From contig NC_068984.1 of the NCBI RefSeq assembly GCF_001194135.2, positions 14,192,268 to 14,256,267 on the forward strand: DNA of 64,000 nucleotides, read 5' to 3'. Below the pieces are notes generated by a model. It saw only the letters and a program-made list of their open reading frames with translations, did not search any database and was not told the origin of the DNA. This document shows, piece by piece, positions 48,277 to 63,019 of the stretch. Each line of letters starts with the position of its first letter. Within the stretch, counting starts at the first letter, position 1. This DNA is from Octopus bimaculoides. Its lineage: Eukaryota. The position numbers were made by a program, and so were the translations under genes.

Positions 48277-49612
48277 TATATATATATGCATATACATATA
48301 CATATTCACACATATATATATACGCATATATATACACACATATATACATAAATATATACATACATACAGAAATCCGGCATGCATATTTCGCTCACTTACG
48401 ATCGCATATGGATTATGCAAATCGCTGAAGGAATCTGATAATGAACAGTCTAACTATCTAATTTACGCCAATAATCGATTTAAAATCTCTGTTGCAGTGG
48501 TTACTTTTTGTGTTTCGTTTTAATCTTGGCTTTCTCTTTTTGCAAACGTAACTACAGTGACAGTGAATTTATCAACGTAGTGAGTATATAATGTATATAA
48601 TTATATCTGAGTTTAAATACTAATCCTTAAAACTTATAGCATTTTTATTTTTTTATTTTTGTCTTACCTCGTTTTTTTTATATATTATGTGCGTGTCTAT
48701 ATGTATTTCGTACCGAACGTGTGGCGCACTTATGAGTAGTTTTCAAGTCTCTGTTGATACACTTATGCTTCAATAGGTTCCATACGTCATAGATAATATA
48801 TATAAAGGATATTTCATTCAATTTCTATTGTTATTTATGTTTAGTTTTGTATATTTGTTATACTTTCCACAGTTTCAATCAATTTTTGATTATTGTTATG
48901 TTTCCTACGTGTGAAGTATATCTCTATATATCTGTATTTCATCCTCCTTTATTTTTTCGTGTATACTTACCTGACTACTGTTAGAATATACTTCTTAGTC
49001 TCTGCCAGCTTTAAGAAGGCGGTTCTACGATATCGAAGTAACAAGAGGACCGAGAAACAAAGACAAAATGTACAAGCGATCTTTCCGAAAACATCAATAA
49101 TACAGACAACAATTCGTACGAATATAATACAAAAATGAGACTGAAATCGAATAATTACACCAAATCACTTGAATGGAGGCGGAATTGAAAGTTTTATAGA
49201 TATAAGGAAAAAGTAAACGGACTAGGAAGAAACCGATCTGTTTCCACAACAAGGAGGTTTGAATAAGAAAATGCGTTGTGTAAGTGATTGAAAGGGGGGG
49301 GGGAGGATTAGGACTTTATCAAATGAAGAGGGGAAAGCACTAGATATTAAGTGAATAAAAGACTGTAGAGTATGCTGATTGATAGGATGGCGTTGCAAAA
49401 CAAAGAACACCTTTTCAACAGCCTAGTAGCGTTGTGTGCAAAGAAGAATTCCCCGTAGATTCTTCTGCCGGTATTATTAATGTCTTTTATTCCTCAATGG
49501 ACCTGGCTGTATGATAGAATTTTTCACAATCTTTCTATTAACAATGCGCATGTGCATTGCTTGTATACATACTTATGTAAGCACATGTGTCTGCATAGAA
49601 GTAGGTATAAGC

Positions 49613-49615
<3 letters not shown>

Positions 49616-49650
<35 letters not shown>

Positions 49651-49672
49651 CTCTTTCTCTCTCCACACACAA

Positions 49673-49727
<55 letters not shown>

Positions 49728-49903
49728 TTTGTGTGTGTATTTGTGTTTATGTGTTTGTGTGTATGTGTGTATGTGTGAGTATGTATGTATATGAATGTGT
49801 GTCTGTGTATATTGTGTATATATATATATGTGTCTGTGTACGTATGTATACACACATATATATATATATATATGTATGTATGTATATGTATATGTATGTA
49901 TGC

Positions 49904-49977
<74 letters not shown>

Positions 49978-50270
49978 GTATGTTTGTCTATATTTCTTCA
50001 GTAGGTCATACATCCGAAATAGACACACATTCTACTCCATGAATATACGGAGGATGTATAGATGTATGTCTATATATGCATTGGTATATATGCATAAATA
50101 TGTGTATATATACATATATATATATACACATACATATACACATATATACATCCACATATACATGTGTATGTATTTGCTTATATAAATAGATGTGCATCTG
50201 TTTGTTCGTGTATCTATGTCTAAGAGACAGAGCCTAAGACACAGAGAGAGAATCAGAGACAGACAGAGAC

Positions 50271-50360
<90 letters not shown>

Positions 50361-50370
50361 AGAAAGAGAG
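49616..50370. repeat. Extended compound (CT)n/(CA)n/(TA)n/(TG)n/(GA)n low-complexity block
   Basis: Seen directly. Confidence 0.95.
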
Positions 50371-51571
50371 AGATGTGGAGCGAGCAAGTGTTTTCTTTTT
50401 GTTTTTGTTGCACTGTAGCCTTGTGTAGATTTCACTTTTCTTCAAATTGATATATTGAGAATTAGTTTGACTGTCTAAGGAGACATATCTTATTTATTGT
50501 TTCTTGTTATCCGCCACTTATAAACAATATCGTGGCTTTAACTAGAAGCAAAATCCTAGCATAAATTTATGCTAAAATCTTGTCTGGAAATGTAAGCAAA
50601 GAAACTTGCCCCCTAAGCTTTATTTCCATACAGTCAAACAATTGTGGCATCTTGGGGAAAAACTATTTTTCATATTTCCATAATCTTAGTATTCTATATC
50701 ATTATGCTAACATTATTCTGTTGGATACTCGCTGTAAGGCTTTGAGAACAGAATGAATCACCAACTCACTATAGTCAAAGAGTGTAAGTAATACATGTGT
50801 GTGTATGTGTGTGTATGTGTGTGCATATTCATGTATCCTTATGTATGTATGTATATATATGTGTGTGTGTGTATGTGTGTGTGTATGTATATATATATAT
50901 ATATATATATATANNNNNNNNNNNNNNNNNNNNNNNNNNNNNNNNNNNNNNNNNNNNNNNNNNNNNNNNNNNNNNNNNNNNNNNNNNNNNNNNNNNNNNN
51001 NNNNNNNNNNNNNNNNNNNNNNNNNNNNNNNNNNNNNNNNNNNNNNNNNNNNNNNNNNNNNNNNNNNNNNNNNNNNNNNNNNNNNNNNNNNNNNNNNNNN
51101 NNNNNNNNNNNNNNNNNNNNNNNNNNNNNNNNNNNNNNNNNNNNNNNNNNNNNNNNNNNNNNNNNNNNNNNNNNNNNNNNNNNNNNNNNNNNNNNNNNNN
51201 NNNNNNNNNNNNNNNNNNNNNNNNNNNNNNNNNNNNNNNNNNNNNNNNNNNNNNNNNNNNNNNNNNNNNNNNNNNNNNNNNNNNNNNNNNNNNNNNNNNN
51301 NNNNNNNNNNNNNNNNNNNNNNNNNNNNNNNNNNNNNNNNNNNNNNNNNNNNNNNNNNNNNNNNNNNNNNNNNTGCTGGATTTAAAGATGTAACGCTATT
51401 TTATTTCATTTTGTCCTCGTCTTGGAGGATTTGAAATTTACTAAGTAAACTAGTAGAAACCCCACTTCACAATTTGAATAATCCTCAAATCAGCATCATC
51501 TCATCTAACAGTGATGGTCATAGTACCTTTTTATGTATATTCTGATGATGCTGCCATTGGTGTTGTTGTTT

Positions 51572-51628
51572 CTGATGATGATAATGGTGATGATGATGAT
51601 GATGATGATGACGATGACGAAGATGATA

Positions 51629-51693
<65 letters not shown>

Positions 51694-51746
51694 GATGATG
51701 ATGATGAAAGTGAAGAAGGTGATGGTTATCACCATCATCATCATCA
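51572..51746. repeat. (GAT)n microsatellite ending in a short inverted (CAT)n run
   Basis: Seen directly. Confidence 0.96.
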
Positions 51747-52104
51747 TAAAAATTATGAATGTGCACCAAGAGATATATAATCAAAAGCATTCAAATTCTC
51801 ATGATGCCACTTCGATTCCCTTGATGGCGTGTTTATGACTAATATTAGTAAAGGAGCACTTCATGGCTAACATCGGCAGAGTATAGTTTGGAGAAGGTCT
51901 GTCATATTTGTTGGCAATCAAGCGATCACGAAGAAGCACTCTCTCTATTCTGTTTTTATTTGTCATACTTGCTAACATCTTATGCGCTTCACTGAAAATA
52001 TCTAGCACTACTAACATTCTGTTCGACCATTAGGACAACGGAAAATTAACCGGCTCTCGATTCCCTCTGGAAGAACCATGCAATATTATGTATCTGCTGA
52101 CAAA

Positions 52105-52295
52105 AGTGGAGAATTGCTTGAGTCGGTATTCGTTCCGACTCTCTTGCAATCTAAGTTCAATTCTCACCCAGACCATCTTTACCTTTCCAGGGTTAATTAA
52201 ATGAAATACCTGTCAGATACAGGGGTCGATGATATCGACTTATCCTCTCCGTTGGAAAGTGTTAGCCACCTTTTGTCTAAACTAGAAACCATTAT
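52105..52295 (+). mobile_element. SINE family M, old copy
   Basis: AAGTTCAATTCTCACC...AAATACCTGTCAGATACAGGGGTCGATGATATCGACTTATCCTCTCC...AAACTAGAAACCATTAT. Confidence 0.7.
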
Positions 52296-52770
52296 GTAGC
52301 TACTGACATATTTCCTCAATATCTCTCTTGTCAAATCACTCTGAATAACCAGCCATTAAACGCACAGCATTTCCATGTGTATACATCCTGCCATATATTT
52401 TCAATTCTACTACATATTATCTATTATTCTCATATGTCTAAAATTTTGATAATGATTTCTCAGTTTCGACTAAATTTTCATAACACTTATTCAAAATATA
52501 TACACTTTTCGTAATGCCACCTTCTTCCGTCAACCTAGTATTCTGATAGTTATACTTCTTCGTATATAATATTCAAAACACCAATGTAAGTAATTCTTTT
52601 TGATCACCACTACGGTGCCGATTTTCTTTTATCTCAGGTTGGATTTTATATAATTATAATATCTATCTTCCTATGTTTATTCTATTATAAACAACGCCAA
52701 CGTATTGTCTTTTATGTAATCGTTTCCGAAACGTGTGTTGCACTCAATGACTGTTTGGATCCTTTACACC

Positions 52771-52818
<48 letters not shown>

Positions 52819-54782
52819 CTGATATTTCCTTTTAATTCCCCTTAATGTTTTCGTTTTCACAGTCTATTATGCCTACTAACGATGTAACATGTTTTCTTGT
52901 AACCTGTATTTCAGTTAAACAAGTCATACGTTCTTTTCCCTTTGTTAAATAAATTGCGACATATTTCGCGCTAGATGTTGCTTCCATCTCAGCTTTTTTG
53001 TCGTCTGCTGCTATAGATTTATCAACCTTATATTTACACGTTTAATACGTTTTTCTCCATCCGCTCAATTACGATCATCCTTCATATTTTTTGCTCAACA
53101 AACACCACTTATACTCCCTTTTAATAAAACAGGGTTTTTGTAACTATTACCTTTTTCATCGACTCAATTCTCTGTCATTCACATTTCAAGTACATTTTCT
53201 ATGGAAATTATTTAGATCTGAGGATGTCCAACTGGTACTATCTCTCTCTTGAGCATGGTGCTCAGAGAAAAGAACAATCATGGCGACCGCAAATAAAGCG
53301 TTAACATTAAAAACTAATACACTGTTGCATACACCCAGGGAATGTTGAAGCAATGATTCTATCACTAGATTTGTGGCAGGTGTAAACGAAGTAAAACATT
53401 TCAACCAGAACATGGAAGAGCACCATCATTGACAGGTACATTTCCTGATATCCGTATGCCAAAAGTTTGGCTATTTAACGAGACAAAGAAATATTAAATA
53501 TAAAAACAGATAAGAAATAGCTATACTTATTGTGAGTTTCGTGAAAACGAAAAGGAACTGAGAGAATAAGGTGCAAAGACAGTTGGTAGTACTGAAGTGA
53601 CGAAAATGGAAAGAAACATGTATAAAGTGTGATGGAGTGAAAGAGAGAAAACGGAATGAATGCGTCGTGTGCATAATGGACATATGTGAAAAGCAGGTTA
53701 GTGTAGAGAAAAGAAAACAAAGTTAGTATAAAAATTAGATAAAAATGGAAATGAAATACGAGAATAAAGTGGGAAATGAGCAAATGGAAGAGAAAGGAAA
53801 TATAAAAAAGATGCAAATTAAAAGAAAACAAGAAGATAAATACCTGAGGAGAAGACGGAGTAGAATTGAAGGGAAATGTAGAAGAATTTCAAATGAAGAA
53901 GCAGAGAATTTTGGAGACAGTGAGGCTGGGAGAGAGAAAAATTGAATCTGAATAATGGAGAGAAATCGACTCTAAAAAAAATCTAACACCAGAGAGAAAA
54001 TAAATGAATAAAGCCAATAATATAGCTTAAAATATAAATTAATGGCACAAAATGTTCAGAAATTAAAATGAGAAAATGAAAGTGGGAGAAAATATGGTAA
54101 GATCTATTCTATTCATACGTTGTTTTCTCAATGAACGTTGGGACCATTCGTTATATGAAATTTTGAAATGCTTAATATCGTTACCATACTTGCTATTTAA
54201 TGAATTGTTCTTAGTTTCAAAGCACAGAGACCCAGAGCAACATATAAAGTGTTAATAATATTTCTTATGTCAACATCTATATTCTATCAAACTCTGTCAC
54301 ACAACAAATCTTCTAATCTCTTTTGCAAGCATTTATTGATTGCAAGTAAGTTCTTACTCAAGCAGTGGGAATGCTTTTGGTTAGTAATAACAGCAGCAGC
54401 AGTAGCAGCAGCATAACACTAGTTCTTCCCTATTCACTCGCTGATACACATGAAAATGCTGTCAAAACGATTTAGAAAATGGTATAGCAAATACGATGCT
54501 TTGTTGCAAAGCTATTCGAAATCTTATATAGCTTTTGGTGGTGACAATACAGAGTCTTATATTTCTACATTCACTTTCCACGAACACTGAGCTTGGGTTT
54601 TCTCGCCTTGCATATTAATGTGTAGATTGACACACTTTTATTTATGTATTTTCAAGGCGTATCGAATGTTACCATATCAAATTGCTGAAGTGCATTTGAA
54701 TATATAATTGTATGAGCTTGTGTGTGTGTTTATTAATAAGTGCGTTACAATGTGATCGTGTTAATGTACAGATACATTCATA

Positions 54783-54853
<71 letters not shown>

Positions 54854-55738
54854 GCGTGTGTACATATGCATATTTGTCTGTTAAATCCTGTATAAGCTGT
54901 GAAGTACAAATGTGAGTTTGGTTCTACACTTATATATACTCATGTGTATGATTATGTTTTAAATTATGGATAAATGTACATGTGCAAGGGTTGATATCTG
55001 TATGTTTGCATGTATATATATCTATATATATATAATGGTGCATGTACGTGTGTGTATGTGTGTGTGTATGTGTGTGTGTGTATGTATGAGTCTATTTATA
55101 TGTGTTTGTGTATATGTGTCTTATAGGCGTGATCTTTTTCGAAGACGAACAACTTTGCCACCGAGGATAATCCATCATTTTTGAGAGACCCTAAAGTGAT
55201 AAATTATTGTGACTTCAATTACTACAATCACAGTGTAAGATGGATTGTAACTTTACACGAGAATTTATAAAAGTCCAGCCGTAGTCTTGGAATGATATTT
55301 CTGACAGCGTTTTTTAGCTTAACCTCATTAAACGCTGTGAAATGATTGGATTAGTCGAGCTTAGCTAGGAGCTGAGATCTAACCTTACAAACTTTGCTCT
55401 GGGATTCGATGTTTTAATGAATTAATATACATCAATTTTAACACAAATATGTTGTATTATTTTGCTTCTTGTGATGACGGATTTTTTTTCACACCATCTC
55501 AATGTAATGTTAGCATTCGAACGACAGATGAAGACGGAGAAACTAATATTTCACCTAAGAGACTTCAGGTTAATCTTTCTCAGTAAAAGAAAACAGGAAA
55601 TAATCCAAAATTCCAATAAGTATGGTATTTCTTCGACTGTTTGCTTACCTTCTCTAACGCATGCAATTGTTTGAAACAAAACATGAACGGTTTGTAAGTC
55701 ATACGCATGAATATACATACATACATACATACATACAT

Positions 55739-55769
<31 letters not shown>

Positions 55770-57344
55770 NNNNNNNNNNNNNNNNNNNNNNNNNNNNNNN
55801 NNNNNNNNNNNNNNNNNNNNNNNNNNNNNNNNNNNNNNNNNNNNNNNNNNNNNNNNNNNNNNNNNNNNNNNNNNNNNNNNNNNNNNNNNNNNNNNNNNNN
55901 NNNNNNNNNNNNNNNNNNNNNNNNNNNNNNNNNNNNNNNNNNNNNNNNNNNNNNNNNNNNNNNNNNNNNNNNNNNNNNNNNNNNNNNNNNNNNNNNNNNN
56001 NNNNNNNNNNNNNNNNNNNNNNNNNNNNNNNNNNNNNNNNNNNNNNNNNNNNNNNNNNNNNNNNNNNNNNNNNNNNNNNNNNNNNNNNNNNNNNNNNNNN
56101 NNNNNNNNNNNNNNNNNNNNNNNNNNNNNNNNNNNNNNNNNNNNNNNNNNNNNNNNNNNNNNNNNNNNNNNNNNNNNNNNNNNNNNNNNNNNNNNNNNNN
56201 NNNNNNNNNNNNNNNNNNNNNNNNNNNNNNNNNNNNNNNNNNNNNNNNNNNNNNNNNNNNNNNNNNNNNNNNNNNNNNNNNNNNNNNNNNNNNNNNNNNN
56301 NNNNNNNNNNNNNNNNNNNNNNNNNNNNNATGTATGTATGTATGTATGTATGTATGCATGTATGTATGTATGTACGTATGTACGAATGTATGTATACAAT
56401 GACAGTCAGACAGACAGAGAGGCTGAGATGATAAGGCAAATAAACAGATAAAACATCTCGGGCTAGATATACAAAATATATGTGCAAAAATACATGTAAA
56501 TAGAGAGAAAACAGAAGTGAATATTGATATATAAGTATATAGATATTTATATATTAACAGAGCAAAGTTACACAGATTACAGAGACAGGGAAAATTAGGG
56601 GGAAATGTAAGGTGTTACCGCTTTGCCAGCTGTTTGGGGAGGCTAGGAGGTACTTCAAAATGTGAGCAGATGTACTTCGCAAAAGGTCAAGGACATGCAA
56701 CCAGTAGTGGAAGCATATAAACATTAGGTAGATCCGGCCTCCATCTTCAGGGTTGAGAGATAAGCATGCAACATTTTGAATCATAATGCAGGGATAGATT
56801 CATATGTAAATATGGCAGCGTACGCTTCCGTGAAAGTGTGTGTACATACATATATTTACCTACTTGAGCGTCAAGCGACGTGCATTTGAGACTTGTACAG
56901 TACAGTAAATCTAACATTGTATTACAGGCGTATGTAATTGGATATACCGGCAAATGTAAGCAAATGCATTTACGTTCTATCTGTAGACGGAGAGCGGGTA
57001 TCATTTTAATATATTAAATCCTACTTCGGACATTATTAGGAAACACGTCGTCGGGTATTATCTGCTAACGGAGAGAATGTATATATATATATATATATGT
57101 ATATGTATATATAAATGTTTCTTTGATAGACATTCTCTTTTAGTGCCGTATAATTTAACACACTCACCGGTAAAATTTACACTTATTTCTTTTTCATTTT
57201 TCTAAAATTCTCGTTGCGACTCTCCCCAGACACAACAGAATATGCTTCAACACACGAACTCACAAGAAGAATTTTGCAAACCAAATCCAAAACACGTGAG
57301 TGTGTGTGTGTACATATATGTATATACATATATTCTTTTATGTT

Positions 57345-57535
57345 TTTTATTTGTTTTAGCTGTTTGTCTGAGGCCACGCTGAAGCATTGGCTGAAGGGCA
57401 TTTAATCGAACAAATCGACGCCAGGACTTATTTTTTTAAGCCTAGTACATGTTCTATTACTCTCTTTTGCTGAACCGCTGTCTTACGGGGAGTTAAACAC
57501 AGCAACACCGGTTATCAGGCGGTGATGAGAGGCAG
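57345..57535 (-). mobile_element. CORE-A SINE 3' tail fragment
   Basis: AATCGAACAAATCGACGCCAGGACTTA...AAGCCTAGTAC...CTCTTTTGCTGAACCGCTG. Confidence 0.85.
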
Positions 57536-58403
57536 ACACAGAATTAGGCGGTCTTTTCTAGTTAATCATTTTATCCGAGAAGTATGTAATACATTTGTGG
57601 TTATTCCTTTCTATCTTGGCAAAGCAGCTTAGTAAAAGAAGTTACAAAAATAATCGTTTTATTTATGTCTTTATTAATTGTTTGTTCAGTCAAACGGTTG
57701 TTCTCGTAATAGTTACATTTATATACTTATGCTATGAGAGGGGAGGTAAAAATGGGGACCACAGAGGGATGATTGCAGTGCAGAAAGATGATGGAGTGCA
57801 AGAAGCTTATATATTTTATTGTGTGAATATTGCAATGGCCCTAAGAATTACATTGGGTATTTAATGACGTAAATAAGACATTTTCCATCGGTTAATTTAA
57901 TGGTGCTGATTAACGAGGTGAGTGAGTACAAGGAAATTATTTTGTTTAATGTATAATGTGCTGAGATCAAAGGAAAAGGAGTCTAGTTTTAAGATAGGCA
58001 ATGGCGTTTATTTATCGTAGTGAGTGGTTGTGTATCTATTGGCGTTAAACAACAATTGAGTCGGTGATTGAAGTTTGCGTGCTTATTTGCTGAATGTTCA
58101 TGTGAGCATTAATAAAAATTATATATATTGATATTTTGTAAAACATGTCTTATGTTTATTTTATTTCCAAGTTTATAAAGTCCATTGGGTGTTCTGCTAT
58201 CACCGGTTTTGTCGCGTAAATATTGGTTACTGCATTACGTTTATTAAATTGTATCCCATTTTCTGTATATTCATATACATACAGACAGACAGACAAACAG
58301 GTAGGCAGATAGGTATAGATAGATAGATTAAAAGATAGATAGGTAGATGGATAGACAGATATATAACTCTGTGTTCTTAGGTAGCCATACGTTCGTGTCT
58401 CTA

Positions 58404-58444
<41 letters not shown>

Positions 58445-58729
58445 NNNNNNNNNNNNNNNNNNNNNNNNNNNNNNNNNNNNNNNNNNNNNNNNNNNNNNNN
58501 NNNNNNNNNNNNNNNNNNNNNNNNNNNNNNNNNNNNNNNNNNNNNNNNNNNNNNNNNNNNNNNNNNNNNNNNNNNNNNNNNNNNNNNNNNNNNNNNNNNN
58601 NNNNNNNNNNNNNNNNNNNNNNNNNNNNNNNNNNNNNNNNNNNNNNNNNNNNNNNNNNNNNNNNNNNNNNNNNNNNNNNNNNNNNNNNNNNNNNNNNNNN
58701 NNNNNNNNNNNNNNNNNNNNNTATATATA

Positions 58730-58945
58730 TGTTTCTGTGTCTGCGTTTGTCCCTCCCCCACCGCTTGACAACCGATGCTGGTGTGCTTACCTCCCCGTTA
58801 ACTAGCGAATCATCAAAAGAGAACTGATATAATAAGTACCAGGCTTACAAAGAATAAGTCCTGGGCTCGATTTGTTCGACAAAAGGCGGTTCTCCAGCAT
58901 GGCCGCAGTCAAATGACTGAAACAGATAAAAGAATAAAAGAAATA
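58730..58945 (+). mobile_element. CORE-A SINE 3' half (head probably in the gap)
   Basis: CGCTTGACAACCGATGCTGGTGTG...AATAAGTACCAGGCTTACAAAGAATAAGTCCTGGG...CCAGCATGGCCGCAGTCAAATGACTGAAAC. Confidence 0.92.
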
Positions 58946-59551
58946 TCGTAATTGTGCTTGTATCAATTTGTGTATCTATGTTTTTCTTTGACTTTCATCA
59001 AAGATCTTTATGGAGTTCAAACCAATCACTAACAAAATAACAAGGATGGTTTAGTTAAAACCGTCGCGAGATTCCCGAGCTTCAGTTTCTGTGTGTTTAT
59101 ATGTAGGTCCACGGACTTGCACTAATGTATTCTATGAACATGTCTTTTTAGTAACATAGGTGTTTGTTCTTTGTGGGGTGTCTGTCCTGTTTAGAATGCG
59201 TTTGTACGCGTATGTGTGCGAATGTGTGTGCCTCTGTGTGCATCTTTAACTTTACATATGTATTTCTGAAGCTGCAAACGACCAAGTGTATGCATATATT
59301 CATTTATAGAATCTCAGATTGAAAAAGCTTATGTACGTGTAGCCTTTTACAGAACAACCTGCAAATGTTATATACCTACACACAATAGTTAAATAAACGT
59401 GTCCTTCAAAGTCCAGACGTTTTGTGGCAAGCTATTAATCAACGCAAAATGTTATACGTTGGAGTGCTGAAAAGTTCCTAACTTCAAATTTATCGCGAAA
59501 GGCCAGGTTGGAGTCCCAACCTTGCGAGTTCTTTTTCAGAGATTTGAAAAA

Positions 59552-59687
59552 CTTTTCTACTCTAGATACAAAGCCCGAAATTTTGGGGGAGGGGCTCAGT
59601 CGATTAGATCGAACCAGTACGAAACTGGTACCTAATTTATCGACTTCGAAAGGACCTCGACTTCAAAAGGCAAAGTTGACCTCGGAG
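59552..59687 (-). mobile_element. SINE family M fragment with small internal duplication
   Basis: TTTTCTACTCTAG...AGTCGATTAGATCGAACCAGTAC...; CGACTTCGAAAGG and CGACTTCAAAAGG are tandemly repeated. Confidence 0.85.
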
Positions 59688-60591
59688 TAATGATGTTTCA
59701 TGTCTGACCTGTGTGTTTTTTTTTTTATGAAAGAGGAGGATTCAAGACAAGAAGTATTGCTGAGATGAAAAGGAATCTGTTATGAATTCAAACACTAAGC
59801 AGGCAATAGGCTCAATATGTCCTCATCTGAGGTTGTCAGAGTAAGTTGCCCTTAGTTTCTGTTTTTGCTTGAGTAAGTCAAGTGTACCGTAAAAGAACAC
59901 GTTTTGATGTCGACTGAAACCAACCACCTTACAAATTGAATAGGGGTGTCCGTGATTTTATTTCCATCTCAGACATTTCAGTTTACATTTTTCGTAACAT
60001 TGAGAAGAACATGAACATCATTTCAACCAACAATTTATTCCCTCAAAATCTACGATGTTTTGTATGTGTGTGTTTGTGTATATGTGTGTGCATGTGTATG
60101 TTTGTGTGTGGGTGTGTGCGTGTTTGTGTGTGTGTGTTTGTGTGTGTTTGTGTGTGTGTGATTTAATGAAAGTCGTATATCCAAAACTATCCAATGACTT
60201 TGATGAGAAGAAAGCAATTATAAGAAGTAATGTATCTGATTAATTAATATATATTCATCAGAATGATATTAATAGCAAATTTAAATTGAGAAAAGTAACA
60301 AATGGGAGAAGAGGGTGACAAAAGAAAACAACAACAATGATTAAAATAAAACAAGTAATAACAAACGAAAAACGTAAGAGACGATGAAAGGAATCTTTAG
60401 GAAAAAAGAATCGATGCAGTTAAGATATAATTTATATTTTAAAACAAGGGGATATAAATAAGGGGGAGGGGGAAACAATTTAGTCATTACAAAACAAAAT
60501 CGATAGATCGAGAGAAGATAAGTGAATATAAATGGAGATATAAATAGAAAGGTAGGTAAATATATGTAGCACAACAACACATAGCATCATA

Positions 60592-60593
60592 CT

Positions 60594-60656
<63 letters not shown>

Positions 60657-60686
60657 ACAGCAGCAGCAGCCGCAGTAGTGGTAGTG

Positions 60687-60740
<54 letters not shown>

Positions 60741-60778
60741 ACAGCAGGAATAGTAGCAGTAGTAGTAGCAGTAGTAGT

Positions 60779-60862
<84 letters not shown>
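60592..60862. repeat. Compound (GTA)n/(GCA)n microsatellite
   Basis: Seen directly. Confidence 0.97.
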
Positions 60863-61048
60863 TGATCGATTGATATAATAGTACAGTAAAATGGACAGAA
60901 ACAACATAACATATCATTTTGCTCAGGGACTGATTTTGCAGTGATTTAAAGGGAGCAGGTTCAATTCCTGTCAAGGATACTGGTGTTGTTCATGGTCATA
61001 GCTATTTCGCTGGTTATTTCGTTATCCTTGGAAATAAGTTCGTACATC

Positions 61049-61200
61049 AGCGCAGGCATGTGTCTGGCAAGAAGTTTGCTTTCCAACCACATGGTTCCGA
61101 GTTCAGTTCCACTGCGTAATACCTTGAGCAAGTGTCTTCTATTAGAGACTCAGTTCTACCAAGTGAGTAGATTTGTTAGAGTGAAACTGAAAGAAACCCA

Positions 61201-61249
<49 letters not shown>

Positions 61250-61452
61250 CGCGTGTGTGTGAGTGTGACCACCGCCTGACAACCGGTATTGATGTGTTTA
61301 ATTCTCTCCATAACTTAGCAATTTCGCAAAAGGGTCTGATAGTACAATTACCAGGCATTAACAAAAGGCCAAGGGTCGATTCATTCCACTAAGATTCTTC
61401 AAGGTGGTACTCCAGCATGGCCGCAGTTTAATGGTTGAAAGGAGATAGAATA
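61049..61452 (+). mobile_element. CORE-A SINE, full length, diverged
   Basis: AGCGCAGGCATG...CATGGTTCCGAGTTCAGTTCCACTGCG...ACCTTGAGCAAGTGTCTTCTA...(GT)n...CCAGCATGGCCGCAGTTTAATGGTTGAAA. Confidence 0.9.
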
Positions 61453-62272
61453 CCACCGATGGTCGATGATCATATTTTCTCTCAAGTGGAAAAGGGAAAT
61501 AACTCACGGAAGAGTGTTAGTTTTTAATCAAGATTTCAAGATTGAAGAGTGTAATAACGTTTATTAACAAACGTTATTGAGCAGCTTCAATGTTCTTCCT
61601 ATCAAACTTCTGAAAGTAGGAGGTAGAACCCCTTCTTCTGAGCCACTGCGTGATGATGTACAAGAAACTATATTCTAATGAAATACACATAATTCTAAAA
61701 CCTAAAAGATATATATAAAATTTCTGTAAGCCTTGGGCGCTTTGTACAGTCCTGGAAATAAACCACATAGTGAGCTAGAAGGAAATTAAGGAACAGTCAT
61801 ATATTATACAAAGGACTCCCGTGTATAATGGCCTATTTCCATAATATAATAAAATTGCTTTGATTTTCTCTTACGCGATGGATAGTAATTTGAGTTTTGA
61901 GAAGACATAGCTGTGACAATAATTTGTAATACGTATTTCAGATTGTATGGCTTCGTCCAGAGTGAATAGAACATGTGAAATTGGCTTTTCCTTCGCAGAT
62001 TTCATCGATTTAAGTTATAAAATGTCGATACACGCAATACAAGACAGCTTTCAGTTCTCCATCATTTCGTACCGCCAGCGTCCTGGTTTTATTATATTAG
62101 GCACAGATCATTACAATTTTAAAAGGTGGAGGGTTTTTAAAGGGAAGCCATTTGGACAAGGAATAGAGAATACAATGCGTGAATGATACATATGATGTGT
62201 GTGTGTGTGTGTGTGTATGTGTGTGTGCACATGCTTGTAGATAAATATATATGTATGTATATATATAATTTT

Positions 62273-62328
<56 letters not shown>

Positions 62329-62330
62329 AA

Positions 62331-62367
<37 letters not shown>

Positions 62368-62609
62368 TANNNNNNNNNNTATATATATATATATATGTAT
62401 AAATGTATTTGGCGGGAAAGTTATGCAAATTCAGTCAATCAGTTTGTAAGAAACAACACAATCACCAAATATATTCAGTTCTAGTCTTTAATTCTTTACT
62501 GTGCATGTCTAGAAACTTTGGATATGGACAACTGTAACAAGCTAATATAAGTATGAAAACTATAAGTTAAAAAGAATAAAACTTGAACAGTCGTGTAATT
62601 AATGAAACG

Positions 62610-62642
<33 letters not shown>

Positions 62643-62739
62643 GAAAGTATGTATGTATGTGTGTGTGTATGTGTGTTTGTATAGACACATATACACACAC
62701 CACAATATAGTTGTGAACAGAAAAAGATAAGCAGTCACA

Positions 62740-62938
62740 TTACTCTTTTACTCTTTTACTTGTTTCAGTCATTTGACTGTGGCCATGCTGGAGCACCGCC
62801 TTTTAGTCGAGCAAATCGACCCCAGGACTTATTCTTTGGAAGCTTAGTACTTATTCTATCGGTCTCTTTTGCCGAGCCGTTAAGTTACGTGGACGTAAAC
62901 ACACCAGCATCGGTTGTCAAGCGATGTTGGGGGGACAA

Positions 62939-63019
<81 letters not shown>

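Noticed and set aside
51511-51780. Poly-Asp/His ORF resembling an acidic metal-binding or biomineral protein
   Set aside because: It is a (GAT)n microsatellite, open in several frames on both strands, with no signal peptide, splice context or non-repetitive coding flank.
54450-54590. 46-codon ATG ORF (MKMLSKRFRKWYSKYD...)
   Set aside because: No homology recognised and no promoter or splice support.
55145-55270. Protein-like frame TNNFATEDNPSFLRDPKVINYCDFNYYNHS with a downstream GTAAGA
   Set aside because: The acceptor is weak and no homology is recognised; cannot be distinguished from chance.
56715-56760. GCCTCCATCTTCAGGGTTG, typical of Penelope termini (minus strand CCCTGAAGATGGAGGC)
   Set aside because: No GAAA half-core downstream; at most a very old fragment.
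60587-60907. Poly-Thr/Ala mucin- or antifreeze-like ORF on the minus strand
   Set aside because: Compound (GTA)n/(GCA)n microsatellite with no supporting gene structure.
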